The notes beneath the pieces were generated by a model, which was not told the DNA's origin, did no database searches, and was given only the letters and a program-made list of their open reading frames with translations. A stretch of DNA of 64,000 nucleotides from Podospora anserina (Eukaryota). Positions 12,301 through 23,746 of the stretch are shown piece by piece. Location of the stretch: contig CM030338.1 in the NCBI GenBank assembly GCA_017654855.1, forward strand, positions 4,030,001 through 4,094,000. The letters are read 5' to 3'. The position numbers were made by a program, and so were the translations under genes. Within the stretch, counting starts at the first letter, position 1. Each line of letters begins with the position of its first letter.

Positions 12301-13260
12301 TGGTCGCCCGCACAAGTCAGCAACCAAGCCTAAAACTCAGATTCCTGGGCAGGAGGACAACGGTTCGAAACTTACGCCGAGGGCGTTGAAGCGGAAGGAA
12401 CCACACGCAACGCCCAAGGCAGCGCCAGTTCCGCCCAAACAGGAGGATGCAGAACCCGAACCTGAACCGCAGCAACTTCAGCCGCAGCAGCCGGAGCCTC
12501 GCCCACGTTCATCCCCTCGAAAGCCAGCAGGACTTGATCACAAACCAAGGCCACGTTCGCGATCTGGGAACCCCCCTTCTGCTCCTATAGCCGACTCGGA
12601 CGACGAGGGCATGCCTCTGATCCGGGCAGCCCATGCCACCCCGCCGCCGCCGCAGGCAAAGAAAAAGATCCGCGTTACGTCCACTGTAGATCCAAGCAAC
12701 ACGCCAGACCTCTACTACCACGGATTCACCGATGTAGACTCTTGCTCCGATGACCGGCTCGAGCAGATTGACTGGCGGGTGAATCAAATCAAGACGGCCG
12801 AGGTATCGACGAATCCGGGGGTGACTCAGTACTGGCACTGGGTGGACGACGCGCACCCCGGCTACTGCGAACACCAAGTGCTCAAACAGCTCCGCCCCCC
12901 CAAGTGGGCCGTGTTCAAGGAGCCGTACAACTTCCATCTCCGGACTGTGGACTGCGAGGAGATTGTCTACGGCCCAGGCAGCCACAGGGTGATCATTCGG
13001 CGCAAGGCGCATCTGCAACCCAAAAAGGGAGACATGCTCGCCGAGTTCAAGCGTGATCGGACAAAGAAGAGATTTTTGGAGTTTATGCACCAGAGGGGGG
13101 TGAGGATCGTGAGGAGTAATAAGTGAGTGCGCTGGTGTTTCTTTTATCTTTGGCGCATAACCAATACTGACAGGTGTTGGGTAGGGAATATGTCGACGGT
13201 GCGTGGGAGAACTTGAAGCCAGCCTTTGACATGCCCGGCCAAGACCGCGATTCGGACTAG
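9365..13260 (+). CDS. Large uncharacterised protein with N-terminal coiled coil and DUF3716-like Cys cluster
   Basis: 1253-codon ORF containing CNTCAKHNGPYEEC...KCGNCEWNRQAC. Terminal intron 13123-13184 (GTGAGT...ACTGAC...TAG) adds EYVDGAWENLKPAFDMPGQDRDSD*. A probable 5'UTR intron lies at 9155-9228. Confidence 0.8.
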
Positions 13261-14361
13261 CATTCTCACTGGTGGACGAGTCTCTTCATACCATGTTCCC
13301 AGCACATTTGGGGAGAGTCTGGCTTCTCCTTTTGAAAGCCCCAGATCTGGAGGACAAGTTGTACCACAGAGCTGCTGCCTGTGAGACAAGCTGGTTCGCC
13401 AGAGGGGACCAACAAAAACGTGTTCGAGTTTACCGAGCAGAGTGAGGGGTTGTGGGATACACAAGTTACCTACTGGCAACGTTTCCTTGGTTTGCTTTCT
13501 GTTTGCTCTTCGTAATGTTGGCCCGTTTCGTTTCTTTGCGTATATAAGTTGTAGCAAGCTTCGGGAGTCGCGAGGCGCCGTTTCTTTTGTTGGAGTGGAC
13601 TGTGGAAGGAAAGAGGTGCGGCTAGCAACAAAAAGTGGGAACTGCTTTATGGAGTCTGTGGTGGTATAGGTTTCGAATACTTGTACAATACAATGGGAAT
13701 GAGTGCGGAGATTGTGAGAGCAAATGCGGATCCGATGGTTTTGGAAGTTTTTATCTTTAATGAAGTTGGTAGTGCTACTTTCTAGAGCGGCTTTGATGTG
13801 GTTGCTTGTGAGTCATCTGGCATCTATTGACACGACCATGATTGTTGACCTGAATAACCCTGAAACTTTGGCGGGATGGTGAGTTGGTGATGTGGTATGA
13901 ATGCTTGATTTAAGCCGTTTCGATTTGAAGAAGTCTTGGGAGCTCACACCAAAGAAAATTCCGTTTTATAAGACATCAAGTTTTGGCAGCCTTCTCCACG
14001 GGGCTGTGTAGCCTTGCCTTGCGCCAAGGAATGCCATGCGGCAGGAAGCCCACAATCGGAACTTGCCGTCAAAATTTCCCGGAGCAGAGGCAGAGCTCAT
14101 AGCGGAGTGTGTGGGCAGCCCAAGAACCACCGCCGGGGAGTCGCAACCGTGATAGTTGAAGCTGCCGTCCCACACCTCATTCCCAGCGCAGCAGCAGCCA
14201 TTGATTCTACCTGTCGCCAGCGCCACCCTTGATATCACGCCCTCCAACAACCTGCGACGACGAGCGAGCAATAGGTTGTCGATCAACCCCGCGCCGCCAA
14301 CCATCCTTCCCCCACGAAAGACAAACCGAGCGACGACGACAGAGGAAAGAAGAGAGAAACC

Positions 14362-14809
14362 ATGTTGTACGAGACAATCGGCATTGTATGTCCCCCCTCG
14401 CCGAGCCCTCTTTCAAACGAAACAAAACCAGCAAACCACCCGATTTCTAACAAAAAGCTCCTTCTTGTTTTTCCAGGTCCGCTCCGGGCACCTCCCCGAA
14501 GTAAAAGAGCTGGTCCTCACGGCCGGCAAGATCATCCTCCAGCAGGGGGGTGTCATCCGCGACATCCGTAACTGGGGCACCTTCTCCCTCCCCCAGGCCA
14601 TCTCCCGCGGCCAGCAGCGCCACACAAAGGGCCACTACTTCATCATGCGCTACGACTGCGGCATCAAGGCCAACGAGCAGGTCCGCAAGACGCTCGCCCT
14701 CGACGTGCGCGTCATCCGGTCCGCCAACGTCAAGCTCGGCAACGGCAAGCTCGAGACGCTGAGCAAGTTTGGCGAGATTCGGTGGGATAAGCTGGAGGGG
14801 GAAGTGTAA
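14362..14809 (+). CDS. MRP17: Mitochondrial ribosomal protein bS6m
   Basis: MLYETIGI | intron 14386-14476 | VRSGHLPEVKELVLTAGKIILQQGGVIRDIRNWG...HYFIMRYD...LDVRVIR, the S6 pattern. Confidence 0.9.
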
Positions 14810-15509
14810 GAGATGCGGTAGCGGAAAAGAAAAAGAAAAAAAAGAAAGAAAGAAAAACGAAAAATAGAAACGGGATACCCAGGGATAAACAATGAACGTG
14901 AGGGGCTTACAAGGGAAAGGAGGCGATTTCAGAGATAAGAGTTTCTGTATGATATGTATTGTATATGGATTGGCAAGGGAAATATGGAAGAAGAGGCTAC
15001 CATTTCCAAGGATATGACATGGCCATGCTGAAGTCTTGCAGGTGAGCATCTATGCATCACGGTTTCTAACAGAGGACGTCCGGAACTTTAAGAGCAGCAG
15101 GCAGTTGCGGCATCTCAAACCAGAGGGGCGCCAGTATTCGGCTACTAAAGATGACGAGTTGACATTTTGCATACTATTTTCGCAGGACTCGGTCTTGTTG
15201 CAGAGGCATATGCTGTAGTAGACCAGCCTCCAGAATAAGCCTTGTACCCAACAAGTAGCCCATTAAACACGCAGAACGCTTCTTTTGGTTTAGTCTATTG
15301 TGGTGCTTCATGCTTTCCCCTTTACCAGCCTGCAGATATAACGCCATGACAAATGCTTCAGCCCGTGTACCCATCCCAGAAGCACCACGCCCTATGCAAA
15401 TCCCCCGTATGCCCGCCCCTCCGGTTCCGCATGAGGAATACGACCCTCCATGGCAAGTCCTGGTACGAACCCTCCAAACCCAGTGACAGTATTTGAACAA
15501 GCGCCTTCT

Positions 15510-17770
15510 CTACTCGTCCACGTCCATGTCGTCCTTGGCCTTGGGAGCCACAATCCCCTTCTCCCGGCACCAGACCACAAAGTCGTCGATGATGCCTGGC
15601 CAAGCTTGCTCCTCGGACCAGAAACCAAGGGACTCATCCTCGAGCGTCTTGTTGACGAACACCAATGTCTGGTTCCACAAGTCCTTGCTCACGGTGCGTG
15701 TCCACTTTCCTTCTTCGGCCGCGTCGGGATTTGGTGGCGGAACGTAAAACTTCTCCTGCAGGTACTCTGACCACGACTCCAACCAGTTGACATTGGCAGT
15801 CTTCCACTCGTGCCCAATGCCGGCGTCGAAAAGCATCTCCCACATAGCGCAAGCCGTGTCCATGGCCATGGCCTTGTTAGTTTTCCCAACAACAAAGGCG
15901 TACTGGTACAGCTTCTTGTAATAGGCTGGGTCGTGGGAGACCTGCTTCATCCGAGATTGGACATAGCGTTTTTGGGTTGCCAGGTCGGGTTTGACGCTGG
16001 CGTCGAGAGTTTGGATGACCTCGCTCCAGCCCTCCACAAAGCCTTCCTTGGTGATTTCTCCAATGGTCGTGGCCTTGACGATTTCACACACCACAAGCAG
16101 GCTGTAATCGGCAGGGTTGGCGCCCACAGCCTCGAGGTAGCGCATGGATGAATCTGCCCCCAGGGCCGGGTCCCCGCTATCGTGGTTGTCATTCTTGTCC
16201 TCGTCTAGTTTGGATGTCAGAATTGACCTGGGGGGTTCCCTTGCCGAGCATAAACTTACCAGTCTCGAAATTATCAAAGATGGCTTCTAACTGCTTCTTT
16301 CGCGCGTCTGCCTCCTGCTGCTTCGCACTCGAAGCTCCATCATGGGCAGAAAAGTATCTAGAGCAGAAAGATTCGAGGTCAGCGGTTCTATTCAAGAGTG
16401 CATGTGCGGACTGCGCTGCATAAACAAAACGAACTTGAGTGGCGACCTGTCTTTCGACTTGGACTTTGCCCCCTTGGCCGACAGATCGGGGGCGGCCTTC
16501 TTGGTGGCAGACTTTGACTTTTTCGGTGCCTTGGGCATGATGATGTCTGGAGGCTTGATGGTGGTGTTGGGTGGGGCTTCTCTAATGGAGAGCTGTGGTG
16601 CAGGTTTTGGATTGGAATCAATAGTAGGGACCGGGAGAGAATGCAGTGATGAGTCGCCGCTGTCAGTCTCGGTCGCTCCCTCACTAGGCGGCGCCTTTGG
16701 TGGAGGTTGCCCTGGTCGTTTGTGAAAGCACGAGGCAAACAGGGTGCGGAGCACACTGCGCCCGCTGTTGCCTTCGTGCCTGCGGCTAGTGCCCATTGTG
16801 AGGAAGAATCAGGTCCTAGGAATTGGATGGGCAGGTGCAAGAACTTGTTTTTTGCATTCGATGCTTGATTTGCTCAAATGCCCGGATGCTCAGATGCTCA
16901 ACTGCTCAGAGCGTCTCCCAAGATCAGACTGAGGTGGGTTCCACTGGAAACCTTCAATAAGCCAGAGGGCAACGCCCTCATAATGGCTTGAATGCGCCAA
17001 AAGTCAAAGTAATGCCGACGGTCAAGCGTCGCAAAGGAGAAGAATGAAAAAAGAAACGAGAAGAGAAGTGTCCCCAAAAGAAAAACAGCCGGGAAAAAGG
17101 AACAGTTGCACAAATGAAAGTGGGATGGCAAGTGTTTTGTCTAGTTGCGAGAGCTTATATGAGACATGGTGTCGCAATGCCGATCTCTTCTTCCAGAACA
17201 CTTCCACGGCCGGCCACCCCCCCTAAACCCAGCGTTTGGCCGTCTATCTCGTGGAGAGTGGAGGCCGGACGAGCCTCCTTATCCATCGCCAACCCGACGA
17301 CATGACCATTTTCCCGTCTCCGGGATGGGAGCCGCTTCAAGCAGGGAACCCAGCGGGGGTGGGGGGGACCGCCATGGCAAGGGCAACCAACTTGGACAGT
17401 GCCGGCGCGGTGACAAAGTGCAAGGGGAACAGCAGGAGACTAATACGAATATGCGTAAATGGAAATGAAACTGACCTGTTCACAGCGGCATTGAGATCGT
17501 AGTTGGAATTCTTCAGGTACTGTCGCATTCATCCAGGTGTCAGCGCGCGGGTCATGCGGGAGCAAGGATAGAGGTCCATAATAGTTGATATCGGCCCGAA
17601 AGAAGGGGGTCTTTTCGGCCATACGGTATGACGGGACGAGAAAGAGAGAGAGAGGGAGGGAGGGATGGAAGAGAGAGAGTTAAACCCACCAGCTGCGCAT
17701 TTTCACGAGACGCATTTGTGGCCTCGACAAACTGCGATGCCAGGCGCCGCTGTGTGGTTGTGGACGGCAT
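15510..17770 (-). CDS. DCN1: Defective in cullin neddylation protein 1 (UBA-like + PONY domain)
   Basis: Exons 17770-17690, 17519-17476, 16357-16260 and 16204-15510. The N-terminus QFVEATNASRENAQLYLKNSNYDLNAAVNRYF is UBA-like. The C-terminus SKDLWNQ...AWPGIIDDFV is the cullin-binding domain. Confidence 0.92.
16435..16796 (-). CDS. Putative alternative first coding exon of DCN1
   Basis: Open frame from ATG 16796 (second ATG at 16538) to donor AA|GTTCGT at 16434. It is phase 2 and matches the acceptor at 16358, giving a 77-nt intron and ...KDRSPLK|YFSAH. Confidence 0.6.
17030..17160 (-). promoter_or_regulatory. Candidate internal core promoter in the DCN1 long intron
   Basis: Minus-strand ATATAAG at 17160-17154, followed by a long pyrimidine-rich tract upstream of the alternative exon. 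Confidence 0.35.
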
Positions 17771-19332
17771 GGCTGCTGGCACAGAACCCAAATAATAAAG
17801 CCCAGTCCGCGGCCGTAAGACGGTGACTGACTGTCTGTCGGATGTTGCCCTGCACGCTCGACGTCCTCCAAGGTCTTGTCCAACACGAGGGCAGGACAAG
17901 AAGCAATCCGCACGGTATCGCACAGGCGGCAGTAGCCCAGGTCTCTTCGCAAACGGGAGGGGTTGGCTGGGAATGGCTGGATGGATGGATGGCACGGCGG
18001 CGTCCGTTATCGTTACTGGGGCGGATAGAGCAGTGGGAAGTCAAAAAACAAGCCCTAGATGTCGACTGCCGAGGCGATCAAGTCGTGTCTTTTTTCGTTC
18101 GGTGCAGGCAGAAGAGGGGAAGACTGGTGGTCGGATTCGGTCGCCAAGCGAAAGGGGGGGATGTCGAAAAGGGCCTAAACGCCTGTTCGGGTCTGAGATC
18201 CGAATCGCGGGGTAGTAGACAGCGACAGAGAGGTGTATTCGCTTGTGGCGGACAGGGCAGTACGGAGGTGTCGAAGCAACAGTTGGGGAGGGGCACTGCT
18301 ATATAAACCTACTGAGGTGGCTCACACGGCGAGAAAGAAATGGATGGGATGGATGGATGGATGGATGGGTGTTGAGCTTTCAAAAAGCGTCAGACCGGAA
18401 TGCGGCGCCTTGGGCTGGCAAGGCTGAAAAATGGACGTCATGGCGGGGACCCCTTCAGGTTCCGTCCCGTCCCTTGAGCTCGGGGTGTGGATCTGAGGTA
18501 AGGCATCGACCATCGCTAAGCAGCTATCGCTATCGCCGCCGTATGGCGGGAATCTTGGCGTCCGTCCGGGGGGGCTGTTTCTGGTAGGCCCATTCACCGC
18601 ATCTCGGGCAGACCACTAGCGCAGCTGTCACGGTGCCCGGCGTGGAGCTGCCGATGCATTTTACTGTGACATTTACGGCCTTGGTGGCATAGTCTCGGCC
18701 GATATATTTCATCTTTTTTGCCGTGAGCATTATTAAGAACGAAACATCTACCTGGTTCTGGTCAATCTCGTCTGTGTCAGTGCAAGTGTGAGAATGATTT
18801 GATAAGTAAAGGGGTATCGCAACACTGGGCGGCGTCCCTGCCAAAAAACAAAAAAAGCAAAAAAAAGCAAAACAGAGGTATTCATATATACAGCCTTCCG
18901 TTCATCCCAAGTCGACATAAAATGAACTCCGCCCATGAATGATGTGAACAGCGCCAGAAACGACGAAAGCAAAACCGCCGCTTCAGCCAACACTGCACCT
19001 AGTCTATACTTTCATGCCCAATCCTCGCTGGCTTTCATGCTCTCAGTCTCAAGTGTTGATCCTGCTGCCCGTCACAGAACTCCTCCAATCGTTGTAGCTT
19101 GGCGTGTTGTGCCTACGTCTTCCGTACCCTTATCACGGTTGGCCTGGGACAGCCAAGTAAATCCAATCGAGCCAATCGTGTTGTGGCTGCTCTCCCTCCG
19201 AGCATCGCTGTCCGATACAACATTCAGATCTGGTGGTATCTGAAGCGTCTTCGGACTCACTAGCCTCTCGCCGCGCCTTTCACCACGCATCGCCCGACTC
19301 CGCTGGAGCGAGCGCATGTCTCGGCAAGCCCT

Positions 19333-21934
19333 CTAATCGCCGAGTGGCATGCCCTCAAGTTCATCAATAAGCCGGCGCCAGTTGTCTGCCAGCATCTCCG
19401 AGTACTTGACGCGCTCCTGAGCCCAATCTTGGTTCCACCGCGAGACGTTGTACTGGGTTTGCTGGAAAAAGAGCAACTCGTCGCGGATGCATTCCTTCAC
19501 AAAAACGGACCGATTGTGCTGGTTGACGATCGACTCCTTGTCCTAGAGTGGCCCTTTGGTTAGTTCCCAAGTTCTGGGTCTTCCACTGCAAGCGAACCTC
19601 GAACGAACCTTGATGATGGCTTCCACCACCTTTTCCATCTCGCCCGGCTTGACCATCCCTTCTGGCTTGGTGCGCAGAGCAGCAAGCCGTGTCTCGTTTG
19701 TGGCAATGCGGCGCTCCAGCTGAGGGATATTGTCCTTGTCGAGTCTTTCCCTACGATCAAAAAGATCTCGCAAACTGACCAGCGCGTCTCTCTGGCGCTT
19801 GAGGTCCTCCAACACACCTTCGTCCCACGCACGAGCTTCGTCCTCCAGCAAACCCTGGGCCGTGCGCAGATGACGACTCATTGCTTGGAGGCCGTCATTC
19901 AGCAGGGGAATTTCGTTGGTGTCGGTGGCATATGTGTCGGCACTGGCCTCGGTCAAGGACGTGAGGGTCAGCGCAACCCGGGCATGGTCAGCGGCGACGC
20001 CCTCAGAGCGCTTGACAAGCCGGTCCATGATGTTGCAAACCGTAATGTATAATTCAGCGCTCCGTTTTACGCCAGCACGAGTGCGACTAAAGAGTTCCTC
20101 CAGCGTCTGTGGGAGGGAATCTTCGAGCCCTGGAGGCAAAGCGCGGCCGGCAAACTCATCCTGTATGGAGATCGTAGCTTGCTTCCGCCAAACCGACAGT
20201 TCCTGGTGCTCCTTGGGTCAGCTTCGACATCAGTCACAAAGAAGGCCGGGATGTTACTCACGGTGGGGACGGTTAAGAACATGATGACCATCTGCTCCTG
20301 GCTCAGGACTGGATGCCGAACAAGCGCGTTGAGGAACCTAGCCAGACCGCGGCGTCTCTTCTCAATAAAGGCCCCGTCGTTGGACAGATGGTTTCCGTTG
20401 ACTACATCCTATTAGCATCCTTCGCTGTCGCAATCGCAAAATGATCACGGTGTTCGCACCTGCAACCCGCTTCGGAGGTAAAAGCGGCAGCACTCGGAAG
20501 GGATATCGCTTGTGCAGACAGTCCAACAACCACACAAAATCGCTATACCGTCGAATCACCTTGCTGGTTCGTCTTGTGCTGGATACCTCGTAGTTGTGGT
20601 GCTGAAACAGAAACATGCCCTCCTTCTCGGGCATCAAGGTAACCAGTATGTTTTCTTCCACAGCTGAGCCTGCTCGCCCGCCTCCAATGGTCCTGCTAGG
20701 AGTCGGGCCCACGGGCTGAACAATCGCAGGCTCACGCGCCCCTTCGTTGACGGCAAAGGGAACAGTGGGAATGGCACCCTGACTGCTGAAACCACCGGCC
20801 GATGACGGGTTCCCATCAAAAAATCCCCAGGTGCCTGCCGACTCTCCTACTGGTCCCGAAGCGGACGGAGGTGCACTGGTGGTGAAGGTAGACGTTGTGC
20901 GGCCCGGCATCGTAGCCTGTGGGCTCGTGCTGAACAAGCCGCTCCCGTTCTCAACGGGTGCCGTACCGGGGACATCGCTGCCGTTGGATCGCGGGGGTTC
21001 GGGGGCGTGGTTATGGTTCTTGTGCACGTCGGGCGTGTTCCACGGATCTTCTGGGTAGTCCATGGACGCCTTCCTAATGGTGCGATGCTGGCGGGGCGAA
21101 GGAAGCGGCTTGTGGGCCGACGCAGGAGGAGGTGGTGACACTGGTCGCTGAGGCGGTTTGGCACCCAGTTCGGCAAGATGGGGCAGGGCTGGTGTGGTGT
21201 CGACGAGGCCGTGGAGCTTGGGCTGGGGTAGACCTGGGGAGTTGACGCAACAAGGTTAGCTTGGATAAGCGCAAGGATGCAGCGGGAGGGAAATCAATCG
21301 AGGTGGTTGACAGCTCGTGGGATGCTGGCGATAAGATAAGGTGATGCAACAGGCGAAGAGACACTGTAGTGGAAAGCCGAAAGACAACAATGATGTGGAG
21401 AGGCGGGGCAACCCATCACTCACTTCGGCGGCGCTCATCCACACCATCCAGGCTAACCGTCTCGCCTTCCTGGGCCAGACCAATCAAGGCCAGCAGAACA
21501 TTGAACTCGCCCCGTTCCAGCGAGATGCCCTCGCTGCCGCCGCCGGGAGGAACCACAATCCCCATTATGCGTGCCTGGGCATCTGCACCTAGCTTAGCAG
21601 CCGCTAATGTTCTCGCGACGCCACCAGACGTGATGCGGCCTCCGCTGCCATCCTCGCGGGACACGGCGTCGAACACCTCGACGTAGCTGTCGGGCACATC
21701 CGACGAAGCCAGCAGGTTGCGGATCAGATCGGCACGAGTGTGGTGCTTGCGGGGCGTCGGCAGGTCCCACGGCGACGAGTCCGACCCAGCATCATCGTCT
21801 GCGAAGAGAGCCGTTGATGTTGATTTAGTCATGGGCGACTCGTCCTCAAAGAGCGATGATTTGCTGTTTGCGACATGGCTGGGCCCGGTGCCTGACGAGG
21901 CAGCTTCTGGCAGAGAGCTTCCAAAAAGAGACAT
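19333..21934 (-). CDS. MVP1: Sorting nexin Mvp1 (PX-BAR)
   Basis: MSLFG start. PX domain KEGMFLFQHHNYEV...RRYSDFVWLLDCLHKRYPFRVLPLLPPKR...FIEKRRRGLARFLNALVRHPVL, then a BAR-like C-terminus ending EGMPLGD*. Four introns. Confidence 0.93.
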
Positions 21935-22245
21935 GGCAACAAGGACAATGGGGTAGATAGGTAGGTATCAGATTGAAAAGCAGGTTGAAGAGAAGGCAAG
22001 ACTATGTGCGACGTGATTGATGGCCAGAGACCAATGGTGATTCCTGAAAGCAGCTGTCGCGATGCGCTGCAAATATCATAAATGCATTGGATAGAAAGGT
22101 CCTTGGAGTGCCAGCGATGTTGCAACGATGCTAAATGGGGTGTTTTGTTTCTTCACGATGGCGAGGGATGTTGGAGATGTTGGAGGACTCGATGTTTCCT
22201 GGACGGGGGCGCTGGCGGCTGGACCGACTGTGACGAAACCAGTTC

Positions 22246-22273
22246 CTGCTGCTGCTGCTGCTGCTGCTGCTGC
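22246..22273. repeat. (CTG)9 microsatellite
   Basis: Read directly; intergenic. Confidence 0.9.
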
Positions 22274-22502
22274 ACACGGAGCGTGGCCGGACAGGGATAG
22301 CTTGTGCTTGACTTGTGCTTAGCCTTGGGAGAAACCGTTGCAGACTACGCCACAAACTGGCGCATCAGCCACATGGAACAGCCCAGCATGGAAATCAACA
22401 TTAAAGGCACTTGCGTAGAATAAATGCTTCACAACACGGGCATCATACAGTACATTTTTGTCATTATAAAATACACCGCCCCAATTGGCCCTGGTTTGGA
22501 TT

Positions 22503-23451
22503 CTAAAAGAGCCTCTCCTCGCTCGCGTCGGCCGACTTCTTCGACTTCTTGCCCACAAGAGCCTTCTCCCCAGGCACCTTGAAGTACAAACTGGGCGACT
22601 CGCCGGTCTTCAACGTGTGGCTCAGGTACCCTCTGTGTGCAGGATCCCGGTAATACTCGATATCCCATCTGCTCGTCGGGTCTGGCAACCGGTAAAAGTG
22701 CTTTCTGCTCGTCCTCGCCTGCTGCAACACACTTTCGACATGCTCGGGTCCGACCGGAAGGGGCTTGTCGGTGTGGACGCTCTTTCCGGCAACCAGGTTC
22801 TTGATGGCCGCCTTTGTGTAGTATCTCGTCGTGATCTTGCCGCCAGCGGCCTCGACAGCCAGGATGGCAGAGGCCGATGCTCGGGAGACGACAATGTCGA
22901 TCGGTGTCCTGATCTCGTTCTTTCCACGGGCGAGAAGCTTGATCCCATCCTTGATTCCAACCAGTCCAGACCTCACAAGTTCGCGGGGGGTAATCGTCTT
23001 GGTGGGATCCAGGCGGCCAGCGTCGATCCAGCATTGCAGTCGGTCGAGGTTAAGTTCGGCCATTACCGGCGCGCGACTGAAGCATGGTATGTTAGCCCAG
23101 TGCCTCCAGATGTTGCAGAGATACCTACTGGTTGACAAAGCCCTTCTGACCATGCTTGAAGATGAGGGGAGTCTGACCACCCTGAAACCACGGGTTGACC
23201 TTGTTGCGGGCCTTTGTACCCTTCATACCACGACCGGCCGTCTTGCCATAGCCGGACGAGGCACCACGACCTCTGCGGATGCGCTTGTGGTAGGCACCCT
23301 TGTTGTCAGAGAGGCTGGCGAGAATCGAGGCGCTCCTGGTCTGCACAGACAGCGCGGCGAAGAGGGAGACGAGAGATGGCTGCTTTGGCGCCACCTCGAG
23401 GGCCCTTCTGCAGCATTGCGCCGCCTGCGCAAACGGTAATCTGGGGGGCAT
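22503..23451 (-). CDS. MRPL10: Mitochondrial ribosomal protein uL15m
   Basis: Presequence-like N-terminus, then RRGRGASSGYGKTAGRGMKG...FQGGQTPL, LNLDRLQCWIDAGRLD, DGIKLLARG and VEAAGG. Intron 23128-23077. Confidence 0.92.
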
Positions 23452-23746
23452 CGCGGCGGTGGGCTGTCGTGATCGCTCTGCGCTCTCTCAAAAATTGGTC
23501 GGCGGTTTCCAATTCGAAATATCCCGGCATCCAAGCCCCTCCACGCCATTGGCTGCAGCCACCCCACCTTCCACCGCTGGCAGCTTGAAAGCCTGGCAGC
23601 AGCTGGCAAGTACTTTACCGACAGCTGTGTTGGGGTGACTTCGAAGGTATCGACTTCACACTCCTTTGAGAACACTTTGTAATTCTGCAATAGACACATT
23701 CAGACAGGGAGGCCTGTTTGCAGCCGAGTGTCAATATCATTACTTT

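Noticed and set aside
17022-17340. Small ORFs in the upper part of the DCN1 long intron as a third alternative exon
   Set aside because: No convincing ATG plus phase-2 donor was found. The region is better explained as promoter sequence.
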